A stretch of DNA of 64,000 nt from an uncultured cyanobacterium (GTDB lineage: Bacteria > Cyanobacteriota > Cyanobacteriia > Cyanobacteriales > CAWCAG01), in assembly GCA_963793425.1 (NCBI GenBank), contig CAWCAG010000007.1:480001-544000 (forward strand), read 5' to 3'. The first letter of the stretch is position 1. Each line of letters opens with the position of its first letter. Of the stretch, positions 54,120 through 64,000 are shown in pieces. The notes beneath the pieces are model-generated. The model saw only the letters and a program-made list of their open reading frames with translations, was not told where the DNA came from and searched no databases. The position numbers were made by a program, and so were the translations under genes.

Positions 54120-55064
54120 TTAATAAGCTACATTCGGTCGGTTGGCAGTATCTAGAAATTTTAATTGTTGGTAGAGCATCTCAATCTTAGGTAAAATTAT
54201 TCCTTGATGAGCAGCACGTTTTAAAGGGTTGCCAACAATTGCCTCTATTTCTAAGGGACGATGGTTATCATAATCTAACTTCATACTAGTATGATAGGGT
54301 TTCATCTGTTTGGTATAATGCAACATAGTTTGAATATAATCATTAGTAATTTCTTTGCCTTCACTCTTTGCTCCGGCTGCAACTTCTGTCATGATTTTCT
54401 CTACTAAACAACGGCTACTTTCTTCAAGCATTATTTGTTTAGTTGTTGCATCTAAAACTACTGATAAGCCGTTATAGGGTATGTTCCAAACTAACTTTTG
54501 CCACCGGGATTTAAGCAAGTCTTGACTAAATTTTATTTCTATGGCTGCATTAGCAAAATCTTTGGCGACCTCCTCCATTTCTTTGGTAATACCAGCAGCT
54601 TTATAGTTAGGATTATATGCACCAATGGTTATGTAACCGTAGTCTAAATGGCGAATATGTCCTGGTGCAGTTTTATTGGAGCAAACGAAACAGAGTCCTC
54701 CTACAATGGCTTGGCTATTGGCGAATTCGGCTATTTTTTCTTCTACTCCTAAACCATTTTGTAATAATAAAATAGTACTATTTTCTTTTAATAAAGGGGG
54801 GAGTAGGTAAGGGAGAAGATGATTTTGGGTGGTTTTGAGGGCAACGATAATCACGTCACAGATGGGCATTTGCTGCACATCTTGATAAGCTTTTACTTGA
54901 GATAAAGTGAAGTTGCCATTGATAGATTCAATAACTAAACCCTGCTTTTTGACGTGATGATAATCTCTATTTAAAAGAAAGTGAACTTCCTTTCCTGCTC
55001 TTTGTAAACAAGCACCGTAATAACCGCCAATAGCACCTGTACCAAGGATTGCATAGCTGTTCAT
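54120..55064 (-). CDS. panE: 2-dehydropantoate 2-reductase
   Basis: GTGAIGGYYG, LQNGLG, WQKLVWN and TSMKLD...E motifs. Confidence 0.88.
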   Translation of the reverse strand: MNSYAILGTGAIGGYYGACLQRAGKEVHFLLNRDYHHVKKQGLVIESINGNFTLSQVKAYQDVQQMPICDVIIVALKTTQNHLLPYLLPPLLKENSTILLLQNGLGVEEKIAEFANSQAIVGGLCFVCSNKTAPGHIRHLDYGYITIGAYNPNYKAAGITKEMEEVAKDFANAAIEIKFSQDLLKSRWQKLVWNIPYNGLSVVLDATTKQIMLEESSRCLVEKIMTEVAAGAKSEGKEITNDYIQTMLHYTKQMKPYHTSMKLDYDNHRPLEIEAIVGNPLKRAAHQGIILPKIEMLYQQLKFLDTANRPNVAY

Positions 55065-55067
55065 GGT

Positions 55068-56012
55068 TTAAGTCTTACTACTCAATTGAGCTTGGTAAAC
55101 TGCGATCGCTAATAATTTGCTTAAATAAACGAGATATTCTTGAGTATTTTTTTCCCAGGTGTGAAAAACAAGACATTTATGAATTAATAAAACTCCCCAC
55201 AATTTTCCGGCAACTAAAATGGGGACAAATAACAAAGACTTTACTGCGCTTTTTTCAAAGCTTGTAACTACTTCTTCTGGAAACCTTGCTTCTGATATCT
55301 TATCAATAGCAATGATTTCTCCTTGATGATAATTTTGGCCATAATATTCTTGTAAAATAGGATCTAGTAAAGATAACTCTGTTAAAGGGAGGCAATTAGG
55401 AGCAACGGCTTCTATAATTAATTTACCGTCTAGAGTTTGTATGGCTACCCTTTCGACTTGCAATAAAACCTGTAAATTAGTGACTGTATTGTTTAGTATT
55501 ACTTCAAGGTTCTCTACTGAACTTAACTCCTCAATAATACTTTTAAATAACTCTTGCCAGCCTTGGTGCTGACGTAACTGAGACTTTGCTTCTTGGGCTT
55601 CTTTGAAAGCTTGATAAGCCAAAAGGAGACGTTGTACCCTTTGAGAAAGTACAGCCCAGTGAATTGGCTTAGTAATATAATCAGTAGTGCCAGCTTCAAA
55701 AGCTTGATCCACAGAATCTTGATCATCAAGCACCGTAATCATCAAAATTGGTGTGCGATCGCCTCCCGGAAGTTCCCTAATTCTCTGACAACAGGTAAAA
55801 CCATCCATTCCTGGCATAACCGCATCAAGAAGTACCATATCTGGTTGACAGCGGCGATATTCCCTAATTCCCTGCTCTCCATCTTTGGCATCCATAACCC
55901 GGTAGCCTTCTTCTTCCATCGCCAAATTAAGAAGTGTCCTCATAGAACGATCATCATCAATCACTAAAATTAAAGGACTTTCTTGCTGAAAAACTGTGCT
56001 AGTTTCACCCAT
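55068..56012 (-). CDS. Response regulator with a C-terminal GAF domain
   Basis: ILVIDDD...[11 protein letters not shown]...KP receiver; GAF with LWGVLLIH; start overlaps the stop of the upstream kinase. Confidence 0.85.
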   Translation of the reverse strand: MGETSTVFQQESPLILVIDDDRSMRTLLNLAMEEEGYRVMDAKDGEQGIREYRRCQPDMVLLDAVMPGMDGFTCCQRIRELPGGDRTPILMITVLDDQDSVDQAFEAGTTDYITKPIHWAVLSQRVQRLLLAYQAFKEAQEAKSQLRQHQGWQELFKSIIEELSSVENLEVILNNTVTNLQVLLQVERVAIQTLDGKLIIEAVAPNCLPLTELSLLDPILQEYYGQNYHQGEIIAIDKISEARFPEEVVTSFEKSAVKSLLFVPILVAGKLWGVLLIHKCLVFHTWEKNTQEYLVYLSKLLAIAVYQAQLSSKT

Positions 56013-59000
56013 TCTGACATTCCGATTGCAAAGCTTTTTTAACTTTCTCATACTCCGCCTCAATCTGCATAAGCTGTTGAGAAGAAATCTGGGTATTTCC
56101 TTGCCGAGCTAAATCTTCTAGCTCTTGGCAGTATTGAGAGAGGACAACTGCCCCTAAATTAGCACTACTTGAGCGCAAACTATGGCTGGCATGACGAAGA
56201 GTTTGGGCATCTCCTGCGGCGATCGCGCTATGTATTTTAGCAATGTTTTGGGGAGCATCTTCAAAATACTGTTCAATAATTGTCGTTAAAATGCCTTTGG
56301 CTCTAGCTCTACCTAGCTTTTTTAAAGCATCTAAAACCTGATAGTCTATCACTTGAAAAGAAGTAAGTGCTGAATTATTTTTTTTTAAATCTAGTTGCTT
56401 TTCTCTAGCAATTACGCTAGCTTGTTGTAAAATGGGCAGCAATTCTGACTCACGAATCGGCTTGCTAACATAACCATCCATTCCTGCTTGCAAGCATTTT
56501 TCTTTGTCTCCTTGCATTGCGTAAGCAGTAACTGCGACGATTCGGGGGCGCTCATGGGAACTCCAGCCTTGACAGATTAAACGGGCAGCAGTGAAGCCAT
56601 CCATTTGGGGCATTTCCACATCCATTAAAATAAGGTCATAATTACGTCGTTGGAGAGCTTTTAAAACTTCCTGACCATTACTAACAACATCTGCTTGATA
56701 GCCTAATTTTTCTAAAATTAAAAGAGCTACTTGCTGGTTAACTCGATTATCTTCAGCTAAAAGTATTTTCAAAGGTAAGGCTGGAGAATTGATTTCTGGT
56801 TCAGAACTTTTTCCTAGGCGATAAACTTTTCTAAAAGCTGCTTCCGATTCCCTGCTAGTAATTTCTAGAGTTGCAGGTTGAACAAAAATAGCTAAAATAG
56901 CTTCATAAAGGCGGGACTTTTTCACAGGGTTTTGTAACCAAGCTGCAAAATTAACTTCTTTATGAGGATCTACATCTTTAGCTACCAAACCTAAAGCTGT
57001 AATCATAATAATTGGCGTTTCTGAATAAGCTGGGAGATGGCGAACAGCTTTGGCAAGATTAAAACCATCCATTTTAGGCATTCGCAAGTCAAAAATTAAC
57101 AAATCAAAGCCTTCATCTTCCTTCAGCAAATCTAAGGCGGCTTCACCAGAAGCCGCAGTTGTTGCCACCAAACCCCAAGCTTGGGTAAGGTGGGTTAAAA
57201 ATTGGCGATTGATAGCATTATCATCCACAATAAGCAGACGTTTCCCGACTAAATTCGTCTCGCAACCATGGCGATTACTTGCTAAGGAAGGAGGCGCTAA
57301 GGGAAATGAAGTTGTAAAATAAAAAGTTGAGCCAACCCCAAGTTCACTCTCAACCCACATACGACCCCCCATCATTTCCGTCAAACGCTTGCTGATAGCT
57401 AAACCCAGCCCTGTACCGCCATATTCACGGGTAGTAGAGGTGTCAACTTGACTAAAAGATTTAAAGAGGCGTTGCTGTTGTTCACCAGAAATGCCAATAC
57501 CTGTATCTTTAACCCTAAATTGAATGGTATACAAATTATCCTGACTTTTTTCAAGTAAGGAAACAACCACCACAATCTCTCCTCTGGCAGTAAATTTGAG
57601 AGCATTACTAAAGAGATTAACCAAGATTTGACGTAATCGAGTCACATCTCCCACCAACAAGGGAGGAATCTCTGGCTCGACAGTATAAACTAACTCTAGC
57701 CCTTTTTCTGTGGCTTCCGGAGCAATTAAATCTAAAGCATTTTCTAAACAAACTTGCAACTCAAAAGGTTGCTCTTCTAATTCTAGTTTTCCTGACTCAA
57801 TTTTAGAAAAATCGAGGATGTCATTAATGATTACCAGTAAGGCTTCACCGCTGTTACGAATAATTTCCACATAACCCTTTTGTTGGGGAGATAAAGAGGT
57901 ATCGAAAAGAATTCCTGTCATGCCAATGGTAGCATTCATAGGAGTACGTATTTCATGGCTCATAGTGGCGAGAAATTCGCTTTTAGCCCGGTTTGCCGCT
58001 TCAGCCGCTTTTTTGTGCTTTGTTTCTTGTTCGAGGAGTCTCGCTTGGGCTAGGGCAATACCTACCTGGCTAGCAACAGCTTCTAAAAGTTCAATTTCTT
58101 CAGTACTCCAGTGACGAAAGCGATCACATTGATGTAAGGCGAGGACACCATTATGTTTGCCTTGATAGGAAGTACGGACAGCTAAAATTGATTTTAATTC
58201 TACTTGGCGACAGATTTGAGCAGCGGATTTGAGTAGGGGGCTTTGGTAAACATCATCAGCAGCAACAGCTTGATCGCAACTAAAGACTTGTTGAGCATAG
58301 GCATCATCTGCCACAGGAATTTCTATATCTAGAATCGAGCAGTACTCTCCATTTAAAGACTCAGCTAAGCAGTGAAGTTTCGGAGTTGGTTGTTGTTGAT
58401 AAGTGTAAACAACGCAACGGCTAACTTCAAACGCTTTGCTAACCTCTGTGACTGTAGTTTGGAGAATTTGTTGGGTATCTAAACTACGGCGAATCTCTTC
58501 GGTGATTTGTTTTAATAGTAAGGTTTGTTGATACTGCTTTTGCAATAATTTTTGACCCTGCTTACGTTGGCTTATATCCCAATAGAGCCATAGATGTCCA
58601 TAGTAACTTCCTTCAATAAAAATTGGTACATAGTTACGCTCAATAGTTCTGCCATCAACTAAACTCAATTCTTCGTTGATGACAATTTGTTGTTGATTAA
58701 TAATAGTTTCAATTCTAGCCAGATATTCTTGGGGATTAATTAAGACTTGTTGCGTATTCTGAGCAATCTTTAGACAATCTAAACTAATCAATTCTTCTGG
58801 AGAAACTGTGAGTTGAAAAAGATGGCAAAATTCCTGGTTAGCTAAGACAACTTTTCCTAATTCATTGGTTAATAAAACCCCGGCTTGAAGATTTTTGATT
58901 AAGGCAGTTAATCGTGAAGTTGTGGTACGAATTGCTTGCTGGGATTGTTTGTGCAAGCTAATATCTTCAATGATAGAAATAAAATAGTCTGGCTGACCAG

Positions 59001-59802
59001 ATGTTTTATAAACTAAAGAGACTGTTACCTTAACCCAAATTAGAGAACCATCTTTAGTTTGATATCTTTTCTCCCGGCAATAAGTAGATATTTTCCCTGC
59101 TAACAACTGCCCGACATATTCTCTGTCTAACTCTAAATCTTCAGGGTAAGTAATATCGATGAAAGTCCTTTGCTTAAGTTCTTCTTTAGAGTAATTGACA
59201 ATTTGGCAAAGTTTGGGATTAACTCGAAGAAACTTACCCTCTAAACTAATGCGAGCAATACCGATGGCAGCGTGGTTGAATATAACGCTAAAGTAATCTT
59301 TTTCTTGTTGTAGTTGTTGGTTAACCAGGCTTAATTGTTTAGTATGATCTGCTTCTCGACGTTGTAAAATACTTTCTGCTTGTTGGTAAGTTGTGACATC
59401 GCGGATCACAAAAATCGCTCTAGCTGTTTTCTCCTCTGGTTTAGTAGAACTTTCAATATGTAAGTATGACCAAGATATTTCTAAATTAATGATTTTGCCG
59501 TAGCGCTCATATTCGTAACACTCTTTGCCTTTAGTTTGCTTTTTTAATACTTGATTAAGAGGATGTAATTCAGGTTTGATTAGTTCGTTTTGCTTAGTTA
59601 AAGGTAATAGTTTAGTTAACAAAACCCCTATAATAAGTATGTGGGGTTGGCCAATCAAGTGAGCAAAAGCAGCGTTGCACCACTGAATATGACCAAGGGT
59701 GTCAGTCCAGGTAATAGCATCCTCCACTTCTGTCAAAGCGGCTTCCATAGTGCCTAGAGTTGCTCTTAACTGACTAATTTGGTTTGTCAGTTCTGCTGTC
59801 AT
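56005..59802 (-). CDS. Hybrid sensor kinase: PAS x3-GAF-HisKA-HATPase-REC-REC-Hpt
   Basis: [10 protein letters not shown]-box, GGTGLGL, two receiver domains, HSLRSSS Hpt motif. Confidence 0.92.
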   Translation of the reverse strand: MTAELTNQISQLRATLGTMEAALTEVEDAITWTDTLGHIQWCNAAFAHLIGQPHILIIGVLLTKLLPLTKQNELIKPELHPLNQVLKKQTKGKECYEYERYGKIINLEISWSYLHIESSTKPEEKTARAIFVIRDVTTYQQAESILQRREADHTKQLSLVNQQLQQEKDYFSVIFNHAAIGIARISLEGKFLRVNPKLCQIVNYSKEELKQRTFIDITYPEDLELDREYVGQLLAGKISTYCREKRYQTKDGSLIWVKVTVSLVYKTSGQPDYFISIIEDISLHKQSQQAIRTTTSRLTALIKNLQAGVLLTNELGKVVLANQEFCHLFQLTVSPEELISLDCLKIAQNTQQVLINPQEYLARIETIINQQQIVINEELSLVDGRTIERNYVPIFIEGSYYGHLWLYWDISQRKQGQKLLQKQYQQTLLLKQITEEIRRSLDTQQILQTTVTEVSKAFEVSRCVVYTYQQQPTPKLHCLAESLNGEYCSILDIEIPVADDAYAQQVFSCDQAVAADDVYQSPLLKSAAQICRQVELKSILAVRTSYQGKHNGVLALHQCDRFRHWSTEEIELLEAVASQVGIALAQARLLEQETKHKKAAEAANRAKSEFLATMSHEIRTPMNATIGMTGILFDTSLSPQQKGYVEIIRNSGEALLVIINDILDFSKIESGKLELEEQPFELQVCLENALDLIAPEATEKGLELVYTVEPEIPPLLVGDVTRLRQILVNLFSNALKFTARGEIVVVVSLLEKSQDNLYTIQFRVKDTGIGISGEQQQRLFKSFSQVDTSTTREYGGTGLGLAISKRLTEMMGGRMWVESELGVGSTFYFTTSFPLAPPSLASNRHGCETNLVGKRLLIVDDNAINRQFLTHLTQAWGLVATTAASGEAALDLLKEDEGFDLLIFDLRMPKMDGFNLAKAVRHLPAYSETPIIMITALGLVAKDVDPHKEVNFAAWLQNPVKKSRLYEAILAIFVQPATLEITSRESEAAFRKVYRLGKSSEPEINSPALPLKILLAEDNRVNQQVALLILEKLGYQADVVSNGQEVLKALQRRNYDLILMDVEMPQMDGFTAARLICQGWSSHERPRIVAVTAYAMQGDKEKCLQAGMDGYVSKPIRESELLPILQQASVIAREKQLDLKKNNSALTSFQVIDYQVLDALKKLGRARAKGILTTIIEQYFEDAPQNIAKIHSAIAAGDAQTLRHASHSLRSSSANLGAVVLSQYCQELEDLARQGNTQISSQQLMQIEAEYEKVKKALQSECQNG

Positions 59803-60100
59803 GGTTTTTTGATATTCTCCAAGGGATAAGCTGAACTAGACGGTCGTTAGAGTGTCATGGGAAACAAAAATTAATGAAATTATGGCCGAGCTTTCTAGGT
59901 TATGATGAGCTGTTAATAAAAATAAAATGATACTCTGGCAAGGTTCTTCCATTTTAACTTTAAATAATTATCAATTTGCGTATTTACAATTAATCCTTAA
60001 GTTGTATCTTATGGTATTGAATATCTAGACTTTGGAATAGAGACAATAGCTAGGTTAATAGCTGAAAATGATTGAATAGCTATTGGGAAGTTATATTAAG

Positions 60101-60331
60101 ATGAGGGACGAAGAAAATATCGCAACGAGTCAGGCGGAGTTTTTAACCAATTTTCATCACGAACTTCGTACCCCTTTGACCAAAATACTATCTTCTGCTG
60201 AGTTGCTTAAAGATTATGGGGAAACTTGGTCGGAAGAAAAACGCCTAAAATATCTTCAGTATATTCAAGATGGTGCTTTAGATATCAGCAATAAGTTAGA
60301 TGGTGATCAACTCATCGCCGAAGGAAGTTAG
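60101..60331 (+). CDS. Stand-alone HisKA (dimerisation/phosphoacceptor) domain protein
   Basis: FHHELRTPLTKILSSAELLKDYGETWSEEKRLKYL; no ATPase domain before the stop. Confidence 0.7.
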   Translation: MRDEENIATSQAEFLTNFHHELRTPLTKILSSAELLKDYGETWSEEKRLKYLQYIQDGALDISNKLDGDQLIAEGS

Positions 60332-60472
60332 CCAAAGAAATTCCTCCAGTGCAACCCCTATTAGTTTAACTGAAGCGATCGCCGTATCTACGATTAACCT
60401 AAATGGGGAATATTATGGATATAAGAAGGAAGAAACTTCTTAGCTCTGTTAGAGAGGAATCCAGATAGATTA

Positions 60473-62770
60473 ATGGCTAAGCGATCGCTTAAAGCATCCC
60501 CAGAAGGTATTATTAGAGCCAAGAAAGCTTTTCAAAGAAAGGGCTGGACTCAGGAGTATCTAGCCGCCGAGGTTGGTTTATCTACTCGTCAGTCCATTTG
60601 GAAGTTTTTTACCGGAAGACCAATTGAGAGGCATCTTTTTGTGGATATTTGCTTTCAATTGGATCTTGAATGGCAATCTATCGCTGATTTACCTCCAGAT
60701 GTAGAGCCTTTACCTGCCGCCACGGGGTTAGATAATCATGCCGGAGTAGAAAATTGGGTGGTGACTTTGCGCTCCCAAACTAAGGAGCAAATTCAAGCTC
60801 AATGCGGTATTTTGCAGTCATCTTTTGATATGACTCAACCTTTATTACTAGATTCTATTTATACTAATGTTAACATTTTGCCCCATCTTACTAATCAAAG
60901 ATGGTTAGAAGTTTCAGATTTGCAAGATTCTCGCCCAGAGGTGGAACGCCCTCGGTTAACCTCAATAAATCAGCAGGTAGTTGCAGGTATTCAAGCCGCT
61001 ACCGATAGTGCTAAGTTAATGATTTTGGGTAAACCTGGGGCTGGCAAAACTACCTTTTTACAGTATTTAGCGATTCAATGCAGCAAAGGTGAATATAAGG
61101 GTGATTGCATACCGATTTTTATCCAGCTACGCAATTTTGTAGCTCAAACTAAAGAAGAAGAAGATTTTAGTCTTACAAATTATATTGCTCGAAGTTGGAG
61201 TAGTTATCAAGTTACTCAAGAACAAGTAGAAATTCTTTTGCAAAAAGGTAAGCTTTTAGTACTTTTAGATGGATTAGATGAAGTTCCCAAAGAATATAGT
61301 CAACAAGTTTTAAAAGAAATAGACCTTTTCGCTAATAACTACTATCAAAATCAAGTTATTATCACTTGCCGTATTGCTGCCCAACAATATTATTTTCGAG
61401 GATTTAATTATGTAGAAATTGCTGACTTTGATTCTAGCCAAATTAGAACTTTTGCCCAGAAATGGTTTGTTGCCAATTCTGGTGGTTCTGAAGAAGCAGG
61501 AATTCTTTTAACCAAGAAGTTTTTTGAACAGTTAGAATGCCGAGAAAATCAACCAATCAGAGAATTAGTTGCTACGCCTATTTTATTGAGCTTAATCTGC
61601 TCTGTATTCCAAGAAAGAGCTACTTTTCCGACTAAACGTTCTAAACTTTATCAAGCAGGTTTAGATATTCTGTTGGTACGTTGGGACCAAGCAAGGGGAA
61701 TTCAAAGGGATCAAGCTTACCGTAACTTATCTTTAGCGGATAAAATCAAGCTTCTTAGTCAGATTGCGGCTATAAATTTTGAGCGAGGTAGTTTCTTTTT
61801 TGAAAAGAGTGAAATACTCGATATTATTAGCAATCATTTAGCTAAATTACCTAATCATAAGCCAGATCCAGAAACTTTATGGTTAGATAGCGAGGCAATC
61901 CTCACAGCCATTGAATTACAACATGGTTTATTGGTAGAAAGAGCTAGAGACATTTATTCTTTTTCTCATTTAACTTTTCAAGAATATCTTACTGCCAGAA
62001 AAATAGTTGCTAGTACTGATAAAGAAGTATTAGAAGAGTCTTTAAATATGCTTGCTAGCCATGCTACTAATCCACAATGGCAAGAAGTTATTTTATTGAC
62101 TTCGAGTATGTTACCGAATGCAGATTTTCTTTTGCAACTAATTAAAAAAGAGATTGATAAAATTTTCAAGGGTAAAGAAGAGCTGAGAAAATTTCTTAGC
62201 TGCCTCAATCAAAAAGTTAATAGCTTAGATGTCTCTTACCATTTAGGGGCAGTAAGAGCTTTTTATTTTACTCTTTTTCAAGATAGAGACTTGAATTTAG
62301 CTTTATCTTTAGACCCCAGTTTAGCTTCTGATTTGTCTCCAGATTTAGCTTTAGATTTAGCTTTAGCTCGCGCTTTTCGTATCAGCTTAATTTTAATCAA
62401 AAGCCCAGACCTGAAAAATATCATCAATTTAGGCTTTGCTTTAGATTTAGAGCGCAATTTCAACTTAGAGAAACCATTGCAGCAAGCCCTAGAAAAACTC
62501 AAACAAGAACTACCAGATTTAGAAATAGGTAAAGAGAAACTTCAATCTTGGTGGCATAGTTATGGTGCAGAATGGGTGAGCAAATTTAGAGCTTTACTAA
62601 TTGAATACAGACAAATTGGTTATGAATGGCAGTTTACTCTTCAACAAGAACAATTACTGCGAAAATACTATGATAGTAACAAATTTATGATTAAGTGCCT
62701 GCAAAGCGATTGTCAAGTTAGTGGTGATCTGCGCCAAAAGATAGAAGATACAACTTTAAATCTCCCCTAA
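60473..62770 (+). CDS. XRE-HTH NACHT NTPase with a C-terminal helical domain
   Basis: WTQEYLAAEVGLSTRQ HTH; GKPGAGKT Walker A; LLDGLDE Walker B; FSHLTFQEYL winged helix. Confidence 0.9.
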   Translation: MAKRSLKASPEGIIRAKKAFQRKGWTQEYLAAEVGLSTRQSIWKFFTGRPIERHLFVDICFQLDLEWQSIADLPPDVEPLPAATGLDNHAGVENWVVTLRSQTKEQIQAQCGILQSSFDMTQPLLLDSIYTNVNILPHLTNQRWLEVSDLQDSRPEVERPRLTSINQQVVAGIQAATDSAKLMILGKPGAGKTTFLQYLAIQCSKGEYKGDCIPIFIQLRNFVAQTKEEEDFSLTNYIARSWSSYQVTQEQVEILLQKGKLLVLLDGLDEVPKEYSQQVLKEIDLFANNYYQNQVIITCRIAAQQYYFRGFNYVEIADFDSSQIRTFAQKWFVANSGGSEEAGILLTKKFFEQLECRENQPIRELVATPILLSLICSVFQERATFPTKRSKLYQAGLDILLVRWDQARGIQRDQAYRNLSLADKIKLLSQIAAINFERGSFFFEKSEILDIISNHLAKLPNHKPDPETLWLDSEAILTAIELQHGLLVERARDIYSFSHLTFQEYLTARKIVASTDKEVLEESLNMLASHATNPQWQEVILLTSSMLPNADFLLQLIKKEIDKIFKGKEELRKFLSCLNQKVNSLDVSYHLGAVRAFYFTLFQDRDLNLALSLDPSLASDLSPDLALDLALARAFRISLILIKSPDLKNIINLGFALDLERNFNLEKPLQQALEKLKQELPDLEIGKEKLQSWWHSYGAEWVSKFRALLIEYRQIGYEWQFTLQQEQLLRKYYDSNKFMIKCLQSDCQVSGDLRQKIEDTTLNLP

Positions 62771-63060
62771 AAGAGTTTATAAAACAACAATTCCAGCTTG
62801 TAAAATTAACTAGTTGAAGTTAAGGAGCTAAAAATAGCTTAGACGAAAGTATTTATCAGTATATTCTTCATGAATTCAGGAACATTCCTGAATTTATAAC
62901 CAGAGGAACATCTTTTTCCCATCAACTATTGATTAGTTAGAAATAATTTATCCTTAGTAAACTTAAAGAAATTATCTCAAAAAGATTCTTTTCCTGAGAA
63001 TCCTTCTTTTGAGCGAAATAGTTTGAATTAAGCACAGCTAAACAGGAGTTATAATTATTA

Positions 63061-63960
63061 ATGGTAAACATTAACAGAGTTGCTGTTGTTGGGGGAACTC
63101 ACGGCAATGAATTTACTGGAGTATACTTAGTGAAAAAGTTTACTCATTTCCCTGAACTAATTCACAGAAAAAGTTTCCAAACCGAAGCAATATTGGCTAA
63201 TCCTGGAGCTTTTCAAGCAGCAAGAAGGTATCTTGATAAAGACCTCAATCGCTGCTTTATTACACGAGATTTGCATAATCCTACTCTCCGTACCTACGAA
63301 GAAAAAAGGGCTAAAACCATTTATCAAACTATTGGTTTTCAAGGAAGTTCTCAAGCAGATTTCATCTTAGATTTACACAGTAGTAGCGCCAATATGGGAT
63401 TGACAATTATCCTAGTCAATGACCATCCTTTCAATCTGAGGTTAGCTGCTTATTTAAGTCTCATCGAACCAACAGTCAAAATCTATTATTGGACAGAAAA
63501 AAAACAAGAAAATCCTTTCCTCAATTCTCTATGTGAACTAGGTTTTACTCTGGAATTAGGGCCGATTGCACCTAAAACCCTTAAAGCTACTATTTTTCAA
63601 AAAACAGAAAATCTCGTTTATCGTATTTTAGACTACCTGGATAAATATAACCAAGGTTTATTACCAACACCAGAGCAAGAGTTAACTATTTACCAGCATT
63701 TTAAAACTATTGATTATCCCAAAAATGAAGCAGGAGGAATTCGAGCAATGATTCATCCTCAACTGGAAAATAGAGATTATCAAAAGCTTCAACCAGGAGA
63801 TCCTTTATTCCTAACTTTTGAGGGAGAAACAATCTTTTATCAAGATGAAGAGTCTGTTTGGCCACTTTTTATTAATGAGGTTGCTTACTATGAGAAAGAA
63901 ATTGCCATGTGTCTTGCCAAAGAAACTAAAATCAAGATTCCTGAATACTCCAATTTTTGA
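63061..63960 (+). CDS. Aspartoacylase
   Basis: GGTHGNE, DLNRCF, DLHSS and FINEVAYYEK motifs. Confidence 0.92.
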   Translation: MVNINRVAVVGGTHGNEFTGVYLVKKFTHFPELIHRKSFQTEAILANPGAFQAARRYLDKDLNRCFITRDLHNPTLRTYEEKRAKTIYQTIGFQGSSQADFILDLHSSSANMGLTIILVNDHPFNLRLAAYLSLIEPTVKIYYWTEKKQENPFLNSLCELGFTLELGPIAPKTLKATIFQKTENLVYRILDYLDKYNQGLLPTPEQELTIYQHFKTIDYPKNEAGGIRAMIHPQLENRDYQKLQPGDPLFLTFEGETIFYQDEESVWPLFINEVAYYEKEIAMCLAKETKIKIPEYSNF

Positions 63961-64000
63961 GGAGTCTAACCTCTCTTTAAAAAAAAGACTAAACAGAAAC

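Overview
Chromosomal window from a cyanobacterium: HIP1 GCGATCGC occurs more than 20 times, heptamer STRR repeats are present, and it carries sqdB/sqdX, glgC, ftrV, hrcA, holA, and thiC with a TPP riboswitch. The most notable region is an accessory locus at 40.1-47.2 kb. It holds two tandem genes with a nearly identical N-terminal leader of the DUF4157 (eCIS-core) type but unrelated predicted toxin C-termini (an L,D-transpeptidase/Tlde1-like domain and a permuted papain-like domain). Each is followed by a candidate envelope-localised immunity gene. Divergently adjacent is an Afp15/Pvc15-like AAA+ ATPase, interrupted by an intact tnpB-only IS200/IS605 element inserted after TTTAT. A second, internally deleted copy of this element at 12.5 kb keeps both ends and the omega-RNA region. 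Other content: two bilin photoreceptor kinases, three tandem peptidoglycan amidases, a candidate sRNA with an HLR1/RpaB motif, a two-component cluster with a stand-alone HisKA protein, an HTH-NACHT protein and an IS4 miniature derivative. Five genes are broken by single-base indels in short homopolymers, which suggests sequencing error. All family assignments come from motif recognition by eye, not from database searches.
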